Source: Candidatus Bathyarchaeota archaeon (GTDB lineage Archaea; Thermoproteota; Bathyarchaeia; Bathyarchaeales; Bathycorpusculaceae). Taken from it: a stretch of DNA of 64,000 nucleotides. The stretch lies in the NCBI GenBank assembly GCA_963720565.1, contig CAVRFW010000009.1, positions 416,001-480,000 on the forward strand. The letters run 5' to 3'. Position 1 is the stretch's first letter, and each line of letters opens with the position of its first letter. A program made the translations under genes and the position numbers. A model generated the notes under the pieces. It was not told where the DNA came from. It worked only from the letters and a program-made list of their open reading frames with translations, and did not search any database. Shown piece after piece: positions 21,066 to 31,808 of this stretch.

Positions 21066-21548
21066 CAATTCGGAGAGTGGCATGCACTATCCAGCCTAGA
21101 TAACTGACTCTGAGAGAGCTATCAACTTCTGACCTTCAGGTTCTGGAAACCTTCCATCTCGGCAAGATGCACAGCGCGGGATTTGTCATTACCAATACTG
21201 AAGCGTCAGCGATAATGTATGTAACCAAGATTTCAATTAGATTTGGTGTTGAAAAACACAATAGCCAGTTTAGCGAAATTCTTAAACTCCCGTTCAAAGC
21301 GCGCGCAGAGTGAGAATCGGTGGATTTCTAAAGCAATATGGTGTCAAACTCGACGTAATCTTAGATGATGGACTAAAACTAGACAAAACCTACCGCAAGT
21401 ACATTTTCTGGAATGGCACAATCTACCATCCCTGACTTATATCCTGGTGAACTTGTGAAACTTCACAAAAAATTGTTCAATATGAATTATAGATAAGCAA
21501 GACATAATTTGCCACAGGGGCATGAAAAGCTTAGTTCCACAATAGGCG

Positions 21549-22373
21549 ATGTACATGCAAAGTAAAGTTGGTTTAGCTTGCGAACCCCTGATTGAAGCAT
21601 CTGGACTTACCAAGCAATTTGGTTCCGTTAAGGCATTGATGAATTTGAATTTACGAGTTATGCCTGGCGAGATTTACGGCCTGTTAGGTCCGAATGGTGC
21701 GGGCAAGACTACGACTATCAAAACTATTCTCGGTTTGTTAGAGCCGACTTCAGGCTGGATAAGAGTTGGGGGATTTAACCCTGCTGAGAATCCCATTGAA
21801 GTCAAGTCGAAAATTGGTTATGTATCTGAAAATCCGATTGTTTATGATTCTCTTTCTCCACGGGATTTCTTGGAGTTTGTCGCGTCTATCAGAAAAACTG
21901 GCCAGACTTGTACTAATCAGCTGGTTACTCAGCTGGCAAATGCTTTTGACATGGCGAACTATTTTGACTCGCCCATAGCCACTTTATCTTTGGGCATGAA
22001 ACAGAAGGTAGCAATAATTGCTGCGTTAATCCACCAACCTTCTGTTCTCCTGCTTGACGAACCCCTGAATGGTCTAGACGCGAAGAGCAGTCGCATAGTT
22101 AAGGAGCTGGTGTCCTTTCACGCCGAGAAAGGCGGTGCAGTCTTGTTCTCGACACACATAATGGAAGTTGCCGAACAAGTTTGCACGAGAATCGGAATAA
22201 TAGATCAGGGCGAAGTGATTGCAGAAGGAACACTCAGCCAACTCAAAGGAAAAACCGAAGGCAAGGGCAGCTCGCTGGAAGAAGTCTTCCTAAAGTTGAC
22301 CCACGAAGAAGACGAAGTCGCTGACACAACAAGAATGCTAAGGGAGATTATCCTCAAGAATGAAGTTAGTTGA
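21549..22373 (+). CDS. ABC-2 type transporter ATP-binding protein
   Basis: GPNGAGKTT, LSLGMKQK, LLDEP, STH. Confidence 0.93.
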   Translation: MYMQSKVGLACEPLIEASGLTKQFGSVKALMNLNLRVMPGEIYGLLGPNGAGKTTTIKTILGLLEPTSGWIRVGGFNPAENPIEVKSKIGYVSENPIVYDSLSPRDFLEFVASIRKTGQTCTNQLVTQLANAFDMANYFDSPIATLSLGMKQKVAIIAALIHQPSVLLLDEPLNGLDAKSSRIVKELVSFHAEKGGAVLFSTHIMEVAEQVCTRIGIIDQGEVIAEGTLSQLKGKTEGKGSSLEEVFLKLTHEEDEVADTTRMLREIILKNEVS

Positions 22374-23991
22374 AGCCTGGAATCTGAGTCGGATACCATA
22401 CAAAGAAGTAGTTTATCGGTCAATAGCTGAAGAGAAAGGGCGCATGTGGTGGGGCGCCTTCGGACAAAAGCACTCCAGCAAAGAAGACCAGAATGACTTG
22501 GAACTAACCAAAAAAGCTCTGATGATTGCCAAGTTCGACAAAATCATTGTCGCCATTTTCAGCATAATAGTCTCAGCAATCCCCTTCTTTGGAGCAGCCG
22601 CTTCTAGCTTGGCCAGTTCGGCGGCGTTAAGCTTAGCTGTTACCTTCGGGTTAACAACGTTATATGCAATCCAGACCCTTTCCTCATTTGTGAATACCGA
22701 ATCTTCTGTGTTACTTTCAACTCTGCCCGTAACCAGAAACGATTTTTCTCTAATTACTCTTTTTTCTTTCTTAAGGTCAGTTGACTACATTGTAGTAGGT
22801 TCAATCCTTAGTCAAGTTGTACTAACGGCTTATTTTTCGACGTCTCTATTGGCAACCTTAGTTATGTTTGTAGCCTCTGTGATTAGCGCTGTTTTCGCAA
22901 CTACTGCAGCTCTTTGGTTCTCAAGAGTTTTCCAGAAGAATCTCTTGCGTGGAGGAAGGTCAAGGGCTAACACGGTCTTGCGCCTTGCCTTCATTCTGAT
23001 GTGGGGTTTGCTCCTAGTAGGTGTCGGTTTTTTGTTCAGCATCCCATTATACATAGTGCCCAATCTGGAGCAGATGATGCTCGGAGGTGGCAATGTGCCA
23101 AGCATACTGCTAAGTCTTCTCTTTCCCTTCTCGCCGGGCATAATCGTTGGAGCAACAGTCTATTCCAACGTCCCATCAACTACAGCTTCGTTGGCGTCCG
23201 TTGCAATGGTAGGATACGGGTTGCTTGCGGTACTCGCTGGCAAATGGAGTTTAGGTACCGTGAAACGCATATCACAAGGAAGCGGAGTAAAGATTGCTCG
23301 TGAAATAGCTAAGGATTTTTCGGTAAAAACTCGCAGTCCGCTGCTAGGTTATGTCTTCAAAGACGTAAAAATTGCTTCCAGAAATCCGGCGACTGCCTTC
23401 TTTTTTGCCCTTCCGGCACTTGAAACAGTATTAATTACTCTGATTATTTCCAGTTTTGAATTGCTCAGGACAACCGTGGTGTTAATAGCCGCTTCAATGG
23501 GCGGGCTCTTTGTCCTGCTTCTGCCTCTCGCCTTGTTAAGTGCGGAAGGACGAGGATTTGAATATACAAAAACCTTGCCGGTAAGTTCCAGGAAAATCAT
23601 AGTTTCGAAGGCACTCGTGTCCACAGCAACCTATGTCCCTGTGCCAATTGCTCTGATTTGTTTATCGTTGATTAAACCGTTTGCTTCGATATCTTCAATT
23701 TTTATTCCTCTTCTCATGATAGGTGCAGTTGCTTCTGCAAGTGTTTTCGAAGTTAAAATTTTCCTAAGGTCAGCTGCTAGAGGCAAGATTGCTGCAGTCG
23801 TTAATGACTTGGAGAAACTTGTCATAGGGGGATTTACTGTGCTAGCTCCCGTGGTCGCATATTCAGTTGCGTTTCTGAAGTCATTTGACCATGTTCTATC
23901 CATATGGGCAATGGGTGGAACGGTTCTTGCAGAACTAGCGGTAGCTTTCTACATTCTCGGGCTCACTGGTCGCGATAGCAAGAATACATGA
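22360..23991 (+). CDS. ABC-2 type permease
   Basis: Multi-TM protein overlapping the ATPase stop codon. Confidence 0.8.
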   Translation: MKLVEAWNLSRIPYKEVVYRSIAEEKGRMWWGAFGQKHSSKEDQNDLELTKKALMIAKFDKIIVAIFSIIVSAIPFFGAAASSLASSAALSLAVTFGLTTLYAIQTLSSFVNTESSVLLSTLPVTRNDFSLITLFSFLRSVDYIVVGSILSQVVLTAYFSTSLLATLVMFVASVISAVFATTAALWFSRVFQKNLLRGGRSRANTVLRLAFILMWGLLLVGVGFLFSIPLYIVPNLEQMMLGGGNVPSILLSLLFPFSPGIIVGATVYSNVPSTTASLASVAMVGYGLLAVLAGKWSLGTVKRISQGSGVKIAREIAKDFSVKTRSPLLGYVFKDVKIASRNPATAFFFALPALETVLITLIISSFELLRTTVVLIAASMGGLFVLLLPLALLSAEGRGFEYTKTLPVSSRKIIVSKALVSTATYVPVPIALICLSLIKPFASISSIFIPLLMIGAVASASVFEVKIFLRSAARGKIAAVVNDLEKLVIGGFTVLAPVVAYSVAFLKSFDHVLSIWAMGGTVLAELAVAFYILGLTGRDSKNT

Positions 23992-24118
23992 AGCGGTTTT
24001 TAGAATAAATTCCGTATTTCGCTTGCTATGTGATAGTCGGAATAGCTAAGACGTGAAAGGTGTTATGAGCGTGGGCTTATAAACTCGATGTTACATTGAG
24101 TGAAATAGGGAATGCCGT

Positions 24119-24709
24119 TTGAGTTCGATTCACGGATTTGAAGTGCCATCTTGGGATCAGGTTCACAGTATGCTTGTTGATTTGGCGGATGAAATTCGCG
24201 CCAGAAAATTTGAGCCAGATATACTTGTGGGTATTTCTAGAGGAGGGTGGGTTCCCGCGAGAGTTTTATCAGATCTGCTCGATAATCCTTACGTGACTAG
24301 CGTAGGAGCCGAATTCTACGTTGGTGTTTATGAAACAAATCGTGAGCCTAGATTGACTCAACCGATTCCAGTCAGCGTGTTCGACAAGAAAGTTCTGCTT
24401 GTAGATGATGTTGTGGACACGGGCAAGAGTGCAGTTATGATAAAAGACCATTTGCTCAGGGAAGGGGTTAAGGAAATTATGGTTCTAACCCTTTATTTCA
24501 AACCATGGAGCATTGTCAGGCCAGACTTCTATAGTAAGGAGACAAGCGACTGGATTGTCTTCCCATGGGAGGTTAAGGAGACGCTCCAGAAACTTGCCAA
24601 GAAAAGCAAACAGCTCAATGAACCCATTGAAGTTGCCCTTTCCAGACTGGTCAAATCCGGCGTAAACGAAAAACTAATTGACCGCTTGCTTGCAAAGGGT
24701 TCTGACTGA
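24119..24709 (+). CDS. Purine phosphoribosyltransferase (archaeal HPRT/XGPRT-like)
   Basis: ISRGG, VLLVDDVVDTGKS, WIVFPWE. Confidence 0.9.
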   Translation: MSSIHGFEVPSWDQVHSMLVDLADEIRARKFEPDILVGISRGGWVPARVLSDLLDNPYVTSVGAEFYVGVYETNREPRLTQPIPVSVFDKKVLLVDDVVDTGKSAVMIKDHLLREGVKEIMVLTLYFKPWSIVRPDFYSKETSDWIVFPWEVKETLQKLAKKSKQLNEPIEVALSRLVKSGVNEKLIDRLLAKGSD

Positions 24710-24789
24710 AAACTCCCAAGGGTAGCCATGCGGGGGTCTGACAGAAGAATTTATTTTTAGGCTGCACACATTCTAAACGGGAGATTCTA

Positions 24790-25554
24790 TTGAAAAAGAC
24801 AATACAGCCCCATATAATGTGCGGAACAGAAGATGTGGCAAAATACGTTTTGATTCCTGGTGACCCTAAGAGAGTTGAGACAATCGTCTCTTTTCTGGAT
24901 GAAAGCCGGAAAGTGGCTGATTACCGTGGTTTTGTAACGTATACAGGCAGCAAAGATGGCGTTGGAATCTCTGTTTGTTCAACTGGAATAGGCTGCCCCT
25001 CTGCAGCAATAGCAGTTGAAGAGTTGGCACGTATTGGTGCCGAGACTTTCATAAGAGTTGGCACAACGGGAGCCCTTCAAAAAAACATACATATGGGAGA
25101 CATCGTCGTCGCTTCCGCAGCAGTGCGAGCAGATGGTACATCGAGAATCTATGTACCGCTCGAGTTTCCAGCCGTTGCCAGCTTCGATGTTTCCGCAGCC
25201 CTGCAAAAGGCAGCAAGACAGCGTGGGCGAGAAGTTCATTTTGGTCTTGTCCTCAGCACAGATGCCTTCTACGGCGACTCTGAAAATCTGAAGCGATGGA
25301 GCGAGTTTGGCGTTTTGGCTGTTGAGATGGAGAGCTCCGTTATATTTACAATTGCATCATTGAAGAAATTGAAAGCTGGTTCGATTTTGGCTGTGGACGG
25401 CAACCCCTTGTTAGGGATAGGGAAAGGTGAGTTTGAGCCTGGAGAGCAGACTGGTGAGCTGGATAGCTGCGTTCAACAATCCATAAAAGAAGAGGCCAAG
25501 ATTGCCATCGACGCTATCGTGCTAATGGAAAAAGATTCCAAAACCACAAAATAG
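24790..25554 (+). CDS. Nucleoside phosphorylase (uridine phosphorylase/PNP family)
   Basis: PGDPKR, STGIGCPS, IRVGTTG, DAFY, VEMES. Confidence 0.92.
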   Translation: MKKTIQPHIMCGTEDVAKYVLIPGDPKRVETIVSFLDESRKVADYRGFVTYTGSKDGVGISVCSTGIGCPSAAIAVEELARIGAETFIRVGTTGALQKNIHMGDIVVASAAVRADGTSRIYVPLEFPAVASFDVSAALQKAARQRGREVHFGLVLSTDAFYGDSENLKRWSEFGVLAVEMESSVIFTIASLKKLKAGSILAVDGNPLLGIGKGEFEPGEQTGELDSCVQQSIKEEAKIAIDAIVLMEKDSKTTK

Positions 25555-25620
25555 GCAGAAGAACCCCTATACCCTCGCAGTCCACGCTTTTGTCTGAGCG
25601 TCTTCGTAGTCAACGTTGAT

Positions 25621-26547
25621 CTATTCTTTTATGTAGGGTTTGTAATCGCTAGGAGGCGTGCGCTTTCTGGCGAACACCGCCACGACAATTATGGTGAGAA
25701 CATACGGGAGTGTAAGGATGATTTGAGATGGAAGCAACGCTACCGATTGAAGTCTCATCTGCAAGGCATCTGCAAAGCCGAAGAGGAGACTTGCTCCCAG
25801 TGCTCCAATTGGTGTCCATCCTCCCAGAATCATGGCAGCAAGTGCAATAAAACCTCGGCCTCCTGTCATTCCATTGACAAAGAGGCTTAGGTGACCCAGT
25901 GAGAGAAAGGCTCCACCAAGTCCAGCTAGCATGCCGCTGAGCACGACACACAGGTATTTTGTTTTGTATACGTCTACTCCGGTTGTGTCAGCTGCTGCTG
26001 GGTGTTCGCCCACGGCTCTTATTCTCAATCCCATTGGCGTCTTAAACAGAAGGATGTAGGAGAGTATGACCACTATAATTGATATGTAAACCAATGGAGT
26101 TTGGTTTCCAATGATTTCACCCAGAAAGGGTATGTCTTTCAACAGAGGAATCGAGATTGCTTCAAGTCCTTGTACGCTTTGAGATGCGCCTCTTGACCCC
26201 CATATTGCCTGACATAAGTATCCGGTGCCGCCAAGGGCTAATAGGTTTATTCCTGTTCCGCTGACGATTTGGTTTCCCGCGAATTTCACTGTTAGTAATG
26301 CATGGAGATATCCAAGGAGGCCACCAGCGAGCACGCTTGCTATTACTCCAAGCCATGGGTTGCCTGTGGCAAACGTTGCGAGGACACCTGAGAAGGCTCC
26401 GGTTAGCATCATTCCTTCTAGAGCTATGTTTACGATTCCTGCTCTTTCTGAGAATATCCCGCCGATTGACGTGAAAACGAGCGGCGTTGCCATTCTCAGG
26501 GCTGCTGCAAAGAGTCCGGCGTTGATTATGTCGACAATTTCAACCAT
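25621..26547 (-). CDS. Nucleoside/sugar ABC permease (NupC-like)
   Basis: SERAGIVNIALEG, RAVGEHP, GRGFIALAA. Confidence 0.92.
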   Translation of the reverse strand: MVEIVDIINAGLFAAALRMATPLVFTSIGGIFSERAGIVNIALEGMMLTGAFSGVLATFATGNPWLGVIASVLAGGLLGYLHALLTVKFAGNQIVSGTGINLLALGGTGYLCQAIWGSRGASQSVQGLEAISIPLLKDIPFLGEIIGNQTPLVYISIIVVILSYILLFKTPMGLRIRAVGEHPAAADTTGVDVYKTKYLCVVLSGMLAGLGGAFLSLGHLSLFVNGMTGGRGFIALAAMILGGWTPIGALGASLLFGFADALQMRLQSVALLPSQIILTLPYVLTIIVVAVFARKRTPPSDYKPYIKE

Positions 26548-27632
26548 TTAAAACCTCCTTTTTTCTTGACATATTCGAAGATTTTGGGTGCTGCGACGAA
26601 GAGCACTACCAGCGCCTGTAATACGTTTATTATGTCTAGCGGTACACCTGTGGATATGTTCATGCTTATGCCGCCGCTTCTTATGGCTCCGAACAGAATT
26701 GCTGCTATTATGGAGCCTAAGGGGTTTAGTCCGCCAATCAGCGCAACGGCTAGTCCGTCCCACCCGTAACCGGGTGAGAAACCATCGATGAATCGTCGGT
26801 GAACGCCGAGTATTTCTCCTGCTCCCCCGACGCCGGCTATTGCGCCACTGATTACGAGGGCGAGTATCAGTCCTCTTTTTGTGCTTATTCCAGCGTTTTC
26901 GGCAGCTGCTGGGTTTAGGCCTATGGCTCTAATTTCGTAGCCTATTGTTGTTTTTTCGAGCAAGTAGACTGTTGCTATTGCTGCGGCGATGGATAGGATG
27001 AATGCTGCAGAGAGTTGCGTTACGGGGAGGAGTCGTGGGAGTTCTGCTGAAGTTGCGATGGGAATGGTTTGAGAAACCCAGCCTGGTGCTTTGAGAGGAT
27101 AGTTCACGAAGTAACTGGTGACGTACAAGGCTACATAGCTTGACATCATGGTTGTGATGACTTCGTGGGCTCCGAGTTTTGCCTTCAAGATTGCTGGGAT
27201 GAATCCCCATATTGCTCCTCCGAGGATTCCTGCTAGCAGGGCTAAAGGTAAATGTATGAAAACTGGTAGTCCGTTTAGAGAAACTCCGACGACTGCGGCA
27301 AAGAATCCTCCTATTATTAGTTGGCCTTCAGCTCCGAGGTTGAAGAGTCCACATTTGAATGCCAGGAGAAATGCAAGAGCAGTGAACAGTATTGGGGTTG
27401 CTTGTGTCAGAGTTTGTCCGATTCCATAGATGTCGCCGAACGCTCCGACAAGCATTGTGCCATACGCTTCAAGAGGAGAGTAACCTGTAGCAGCCAAAAC
27501 TATTGCCCCTATTAGAAAAGCTCCTATGACTGCTATAATTTGGGGAATGGAGTCTCTTAGTGAGGTTATTAATTTTAGCCGTGCCTTCTCAAGGATTTGT
27601 CTGGCCTTTTGTTTGATATTGTCTTCAGTCAT
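26526..27632 (-). CDS. Nucleoside/sugar ABC permease (NupB-like)
   Basis: GLFNLGAEGQ, HEVITTMM, GYGWDGLAVAL. Confidence 0.92.
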   Translation of the reverse strand: MTEDNIKQKARQILEKARLKLITSLRDSIPQIIAVIGAFLIGAIVLAATGYSPLEAYGTMLVGAFGDIYGIGQTLTQATPILFTALAFLLAFKCGLFNLGAEGQLIIGGFFAAVVGVSLNGLPVFIHLPLALLAGILGGAIWGFIPAILKAKLGAHEVITTMMSSYVALYVTSYFVNYPLKAPGWVSQTIPIATSAELPRLLPVTQLSAAFILSIAAAIATVYLLEKTTIGYEIRAIGLNPAAAENAGISTKRGLILALVISGAIAGVGGAGEILGVHRRFIDGFSPGYGWDGLAVALIGGLNPLGSIIAAILFGAIRSGGISMNISTGVPLDIINVLQALVVLFVAAPKIFEYVKKKGGFKWLKLST

Positions 27633-29142
27633 TCGCTGCACCTGTCATAAGAAGTCCTATTTCAAGTTCGTTTGTTTTGCTGTGTTCTCTAATAGCAACG
27701 ATTTTTCCTTCGTAGATTACCGCGATTCTGTCGCTCAGTGCTAGGACTTCGTCGAGGTCTGCGGATATCAGTAGAATTGCACAACCTTTGTCTCGCATTT
27801 CTATTAGTTTTCTGCGTACGTATTCTGCTGCTCCGATGTCCAGTCCTCTTGTGGGTTGTGAGGCGATTATGAATTTTGGTTGTCTGCTAAACTCCCTTGC
27901 TACCACCACTCTTTGCTGTGTTCCACCTGACAGATGTCTTACCGGGGTTTCTTTAGTTGGGGTCTGAATTGAATATTCTTGGATTAGTTCCTGCGCGAGT
28001 TCGGATTCTTTCTCAAGGTTTAGTTTGTAGAATTTTTCTGCAAATGGAGGTTGATCTTGTCGACCTAGAATCAAGTTGTCGGAGACGGAGAAATCTAGGA
28101 CCAGTCCTGTTTTCTGTCTGTCTTCAGGGATTATGGAAAAGCCCTTTTTATTCTTTCGTGAACAGATGCATTCGTGATTGGTTTTCCGTTTAGGAGTATT
28201 TTCCCTTCGTCGAGTTTTCTCAATCCCATCAGGACTTCAATTAGCTCAGATTGTCCGTTTCCTTCGATTCCTGCCATTCCAAGGATTTCAGATTCATGAA
28301 CTTCGAAAGTGACTGATTTTAAACCAAGCATCTTGCGTTTGTCGAAGGCTTTGAGTCCTTCAGCTTGCAAAACCACTTTTTCCTGACGAAAAGGGTTTTG
28401 CAGGGGGGACAACGGGAATTTCTCGCCCTACCATCATTTTGGCTAGTTCTTCCATGTCTATGTTTTCCTTGTTTACGGTTCCAGAAATTCTCCCCCTTTT
28501 CAACACTGTAATTCTGTCACTAATTGCGCAAACCTCTTTCAGTTTGTGGGAGATGAATACCACGGATTTTCCCTGTTGCTTGAGTGCCGCAATTGCCTTG
28601 AATAGTCCTACGACTTCTTGCGGCGACAAAACCGATGTAGGTTCATCTAGAATCAGAAACTCTGCTCTTCTGAAGAGTGCTTTCAGAATCTCCACTCTCT
28701 GCTGTACTCCCACAGGAAGAGTGTTGACAACGGCCTTAGGGTCAACTTCCAAACCATATTTCCTGGAAAGCTCGGTTACATCTTCGTTGGCTTTTTCAGA
28801 GTCCAACCAGAACCTATATTTTTCGGGCTCACTGCCTAAAACTATGTTCTCAGCCACCGTTAAGGACGGAACCAGCATGAAGTGCTGATGCACCATTCCT
28901 ATCCCAAGGCTTATGGCCTTTGCAGGGTTTTCAATTTTTGCTTCTTTTCCCTTGACGAAAATCTTTCCTTGGTCTGGTTTGTACAGTCCGTAAAGAATGC
29001 TCATCAGAACAGTCTTTCCGGCACCGTTCTCTCCAAGTAAGCTATGAACCTCGCCTTCTTTAACGTCGAAATCTATTCCATCATTTGCCAAAGTGCCCGA
29101 AAAAGACTTGGTAATACCCACCATTTTGATGGCGGAGCTCAT
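27625..29142 (-). CDS. Nucleoside/sugar ABC ATP-binding protein (double NBD), two frameshifts near 28400 and 28130
   Basis: GENGAGKT, QQRVEILKAL, GIEGNGQSE, LSGGTQQR, SQPTRGLDIG spread over three frames. Confidence 0.9.
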
Positions 29143-29179
29143 AAAAAAAAAGAGGAGAGTAACTTTAGTTAAATCTTTC

Positions 29180-30217
29180 CTATGTGTATCCTGAAGGCAC
29201 GGTGATTGTTCCTGCTACGATTGCAGCATTGGCGTCAGTTAGTTTTGTCACTACGTTTTCTGGCAACGCTGTGTAGGTGAAATCGAAAGTTTCTTCCCAG
29301 AAACTCTCTTCGTCTGGTAGCCTACTGCACCCAGTCCATTTCTCCGCTAGCCCTCCGCTATAGATTTTTCCGCCGACGAATTTGCCTTCAATTGCGTCCT
29401 GTATCATCTCGTACACTGCCACGTCCACTCTCTTGGTCGCGCTTGCTATTATTTCAGGGTATAGATAGTCTTGGCATGAGTCAACGCCGAAACCCATTTT
29501 TCCGTTCTCATGAGCTGCTTCAAGTGCTCCGAGTCCGCTTTTTCCAGCGGCTGCAAAAACGCCGTCCGCTCCCAATCCAAATAAAGATACGGTAAGTTCT
29601 TTTCCTCTTGTTGGGTCACCCCAACCTCCAACGAAAACTGGATCAAGGACCGTTGCACTTGGGTTAGCCCACTCAACGCCCGCTTTGTAGCCTACATAGA
29701 AGTCTCTGATTAAGGGTATGTCCATTCCTCCGACGAACCCTACTTTATTGGTCTGGGTGAACATTCCAGCAACTACGCCGGTGAGGAAAGAGCCTTCATT
29801 TGCTTTGAAAGTCAATGATGCTACATTAGGCAAGTCGACTACCATGTCAACGATGGCGAAGTTTTGGTTTGGATAGGCTTGGGCTGTTATATTAAGTGCG
29901 TCTGCCTGGTCGAAGCCGATACAAACGATTAGCGCGTATTCTCCAGTTTTTGCAAAGTTGGTTTGGAAGCCTTCATATTCTGATATGGCTTCTGGTTCAG
30001 CGTAGTCGAATTCTATTCCTAGTTCTTCTTTGGCGTGCATTGCACCTGCATAGGCGATGTCATTGAAGGATTTGTCGCCTAGACCGCCGGTTCCCAGGAT
30101 TATGCCTATTTTGTTTTGGGTGGGAGTGGCTGGCTTGTAGAAAAATGCGAACCATGCTGCTGCTACGATTATGACTATCAGTATTGCTGCGAGTATTCCT
30201 GCATACATCTTTTTCAT
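29180..30217 (-). CDS. BMP family (PnrA-like) nucleoside-binding protein
   Basis: GGLGDKSFN, EGSFL, GFVGGMDIP, GVDS, KRVD; N-terminal TM anchor. Confidence 0.92.
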   Translation of the reverse strand: MKKMYAGILAAILIVIIVAAAWFAFFYKPATPTQNKIGIILGTGGLGDKSFNDIAYAGAMHAKEELGIEFDYAEPEAISEYEGFQTNFAKTGEYALIVCIGFDQADALNITAQAYPNQNFAIVDMVVDLPNVASLTFKANEGSFLTGVVAGMFTQTNKVGFVGGMDIPLIRDFYVGYKAGVEWANPSATVLDPVFVGGWGDPTRGKELTVSLFGLGADGVFAAAGKSGLGALEAAHENGKMGFGVDSCQDYLYPEIIASATKRVDVAVYEMIQDAIEGKFVGGKIYSGGLAEKWTGCSRLPDEESFWEETFDFTYTALPENVVTKLTDANAAIVAGTITVPSGYT

Positions 30218-30315
30218 TGAAAACCCCCTCAAGCTCATATTGTTTGAACTGCTTTTAAGATTTTTCAGTTTTCCTTAACTATCTGCGAAAAAATGGATGA
30301 GGCTTTTGTATGCGT

Positions 30316-30579
30316 TCATACATCTCCGGATTCTTGAATTTTCTTGTCTTCGTATGGGGCAGCGACCCTTCTGTAGTATTCAAGTTTTATGCATTCCAAA
30401 ACGCCTATAGCCTTGTTGATGTGGAAGTACCGAAGAGGATAAACCTCCTTCAGCATCTTGGTGACGACATAGTTTAGTTCTCCATCCACCTCGTCTGGAG
30501 GTAGAGTCTTGAGAATTTCTAGCAGTTCTCTCAGAACCTTGTTGTATTTGCTCCTGTTACCGACTTTTATGTAAGGCAA
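30316..30579 (-). CDS. Small conserved protein (DUF6899-like, MPYIK family)
   Basis: MPYIK...GELNY...[13 protein letters not shown]...PYEDKKI...GDV. Confidence 0.75.
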   Translation of the reverse strand: MPYIKVGNRSKYNKVLRELLEILKTLPPDEVDGELNYVVTKMLKEVYPLRYFHINKAIGVLECIKLEYYRRVAAPYEDKKIQESGDV

Positions 30580-31060
30580 GAGTCTTTCTCTCCTTCAGCA
30601 CATTCTATGAACAGGTTTAGCTTATATATCGTGACCATTTTCAGACCAGCCTCGACGTCACACCATGCTTGGTAAACTTGGATTGGTAGTTGACAAACAG
30701 GCTGCTTTCACACGTCGGTTATCAACAACTAAACGCAGTCTCCAGAGACTATTTTTGAAGATGAGACGTTATCTGCATTCCATTTGAGAGAACGTAAGTT
30801 CTGGAAATTAAGGTGCGTTAACACGATGAAAACATAGCGGATGTCGGCTGCCAATGTATTCTCCCGGTCAAGCCCTCTCAGCTTCAAGAAATCCTCCCAA
30901 GCTACCTCTGATTGAAAAGCATGTCTGGCGCTTGCATTTATCAGATTTCGCCCCTTGTTTTGTTCGAACAATGGTGGAAACCTTTATGTCTATGACTGGA
31001 TATGTAGCCTACAATAATTGAAGATTTACTTTTTTCAATTATAGCGCACAGCAAATAGAG

Positions 31061-31333
31061 GTGATTGTAACGTTCCAAAAACCTATGTTTGAAGTCAAGT
31101 GTACCAGTTGCGGTAATGCAACAACGGTTCCTTTCAAGCCTACACCGGGAAAACCAGTTTACTGTAGAACATGCTTTTCCAAGCAAATGGCCACCAGGTC
31201 TGATAGCCACGGTGGCAGTAACAATGAAGGCTCAGAGCCAAAGCAATTCTGGGCTCGACGAAGAGACAACGGACACGCAAAGAAAGAAGAAGCGTCTATA
31301 AGCGTCTTTCAACGCCGATACGACAGCGTCTAA
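31061..31333 (+). CDS. CxxC-x17-CxxC domain protein
   Basis: CTSCGNATTVPFKPTPGKPVYCRTC. Confidence 0.9.
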   Translation: MIVTFQKPMFEVKCTSCGNATTVPFKPTPGKPVYCRTCFSKQMATRSDSHGGSNNEGSEPKQFWARRRDNGHAKKEEASISVFQRRYDSV

Positions 31334-31399
31334 GCTTTAAGGCATTAAGCCGCGGCCTTCCGGGCTTGCGGTTTGAATCAAAACTGTGGGGAATGATTC

Positions 31400-31654
31400 A
31401 TTAGGGACATTGAGGGATGGAAGAGAATCGACAATGAGAGAGGTTACCTGAATATCACGACAGGGCAGAATCTCGTTGTTTCGAAGAAACAGTTTGGTCA
31501 GCACTACCTAGTTCTCCTGTTTTCGGAAGTGGGAAGCAGTGATGAAGGTGCAAAAATATCGCCCGAGTACGCGACAGAATCAAAAGCTGAAGCCTTTGCA
31601 TTCAAATGGATGAAAAAACACCCAAAAGGGGTGCCTGGACCTATAGAAGAGTAG
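31400..31654 (+). CDS. Hypothetical 84-aa protein with probable ATT start (absent from the ORF track)
   Basis: Open frame IRDIEGWKRIDNERGY...AEAFAFKWMKKHPKG fills the intergenic gap. Confidence 0.55.
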   Translation: MRDIEGWKRIDNERGYLNITTGQNLVVSKKQFGQHYLVLLFSEVGSSDEGAKISPEYATESKAEAFAFKWMKKHPKGVPGPIEE

Positions 31655-31808
31655 CTGGTTACTTTCAGGTCTGAAAATTTTAGATCGTGGTGTATTCTTT
31701 TTGCAAGATTAGTACAAACGGAAGATTTGTGCATATTGTATTGACAAAAGAGCTTTTCCACATCAACAAAACAGCAATATGAACATGAAGCGTTTTGTTG
31801 TGCACGAT

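Noticed and set aside
21300..21435. Short coding-like fragment ending ...YRKYIFWNGTIYHP
   Set aside because: No clear start or family; possibly a gene remnant
30729..30971. 80-aa minus-strand ORF
   Set aside because: No motif or SD support
31347..31374. GC-rich hairpin after the CxxC-x17-CxxC gene
   Set aside because: Ordinary short stem with nothing to distinguish it from a terminator or leader hairpin
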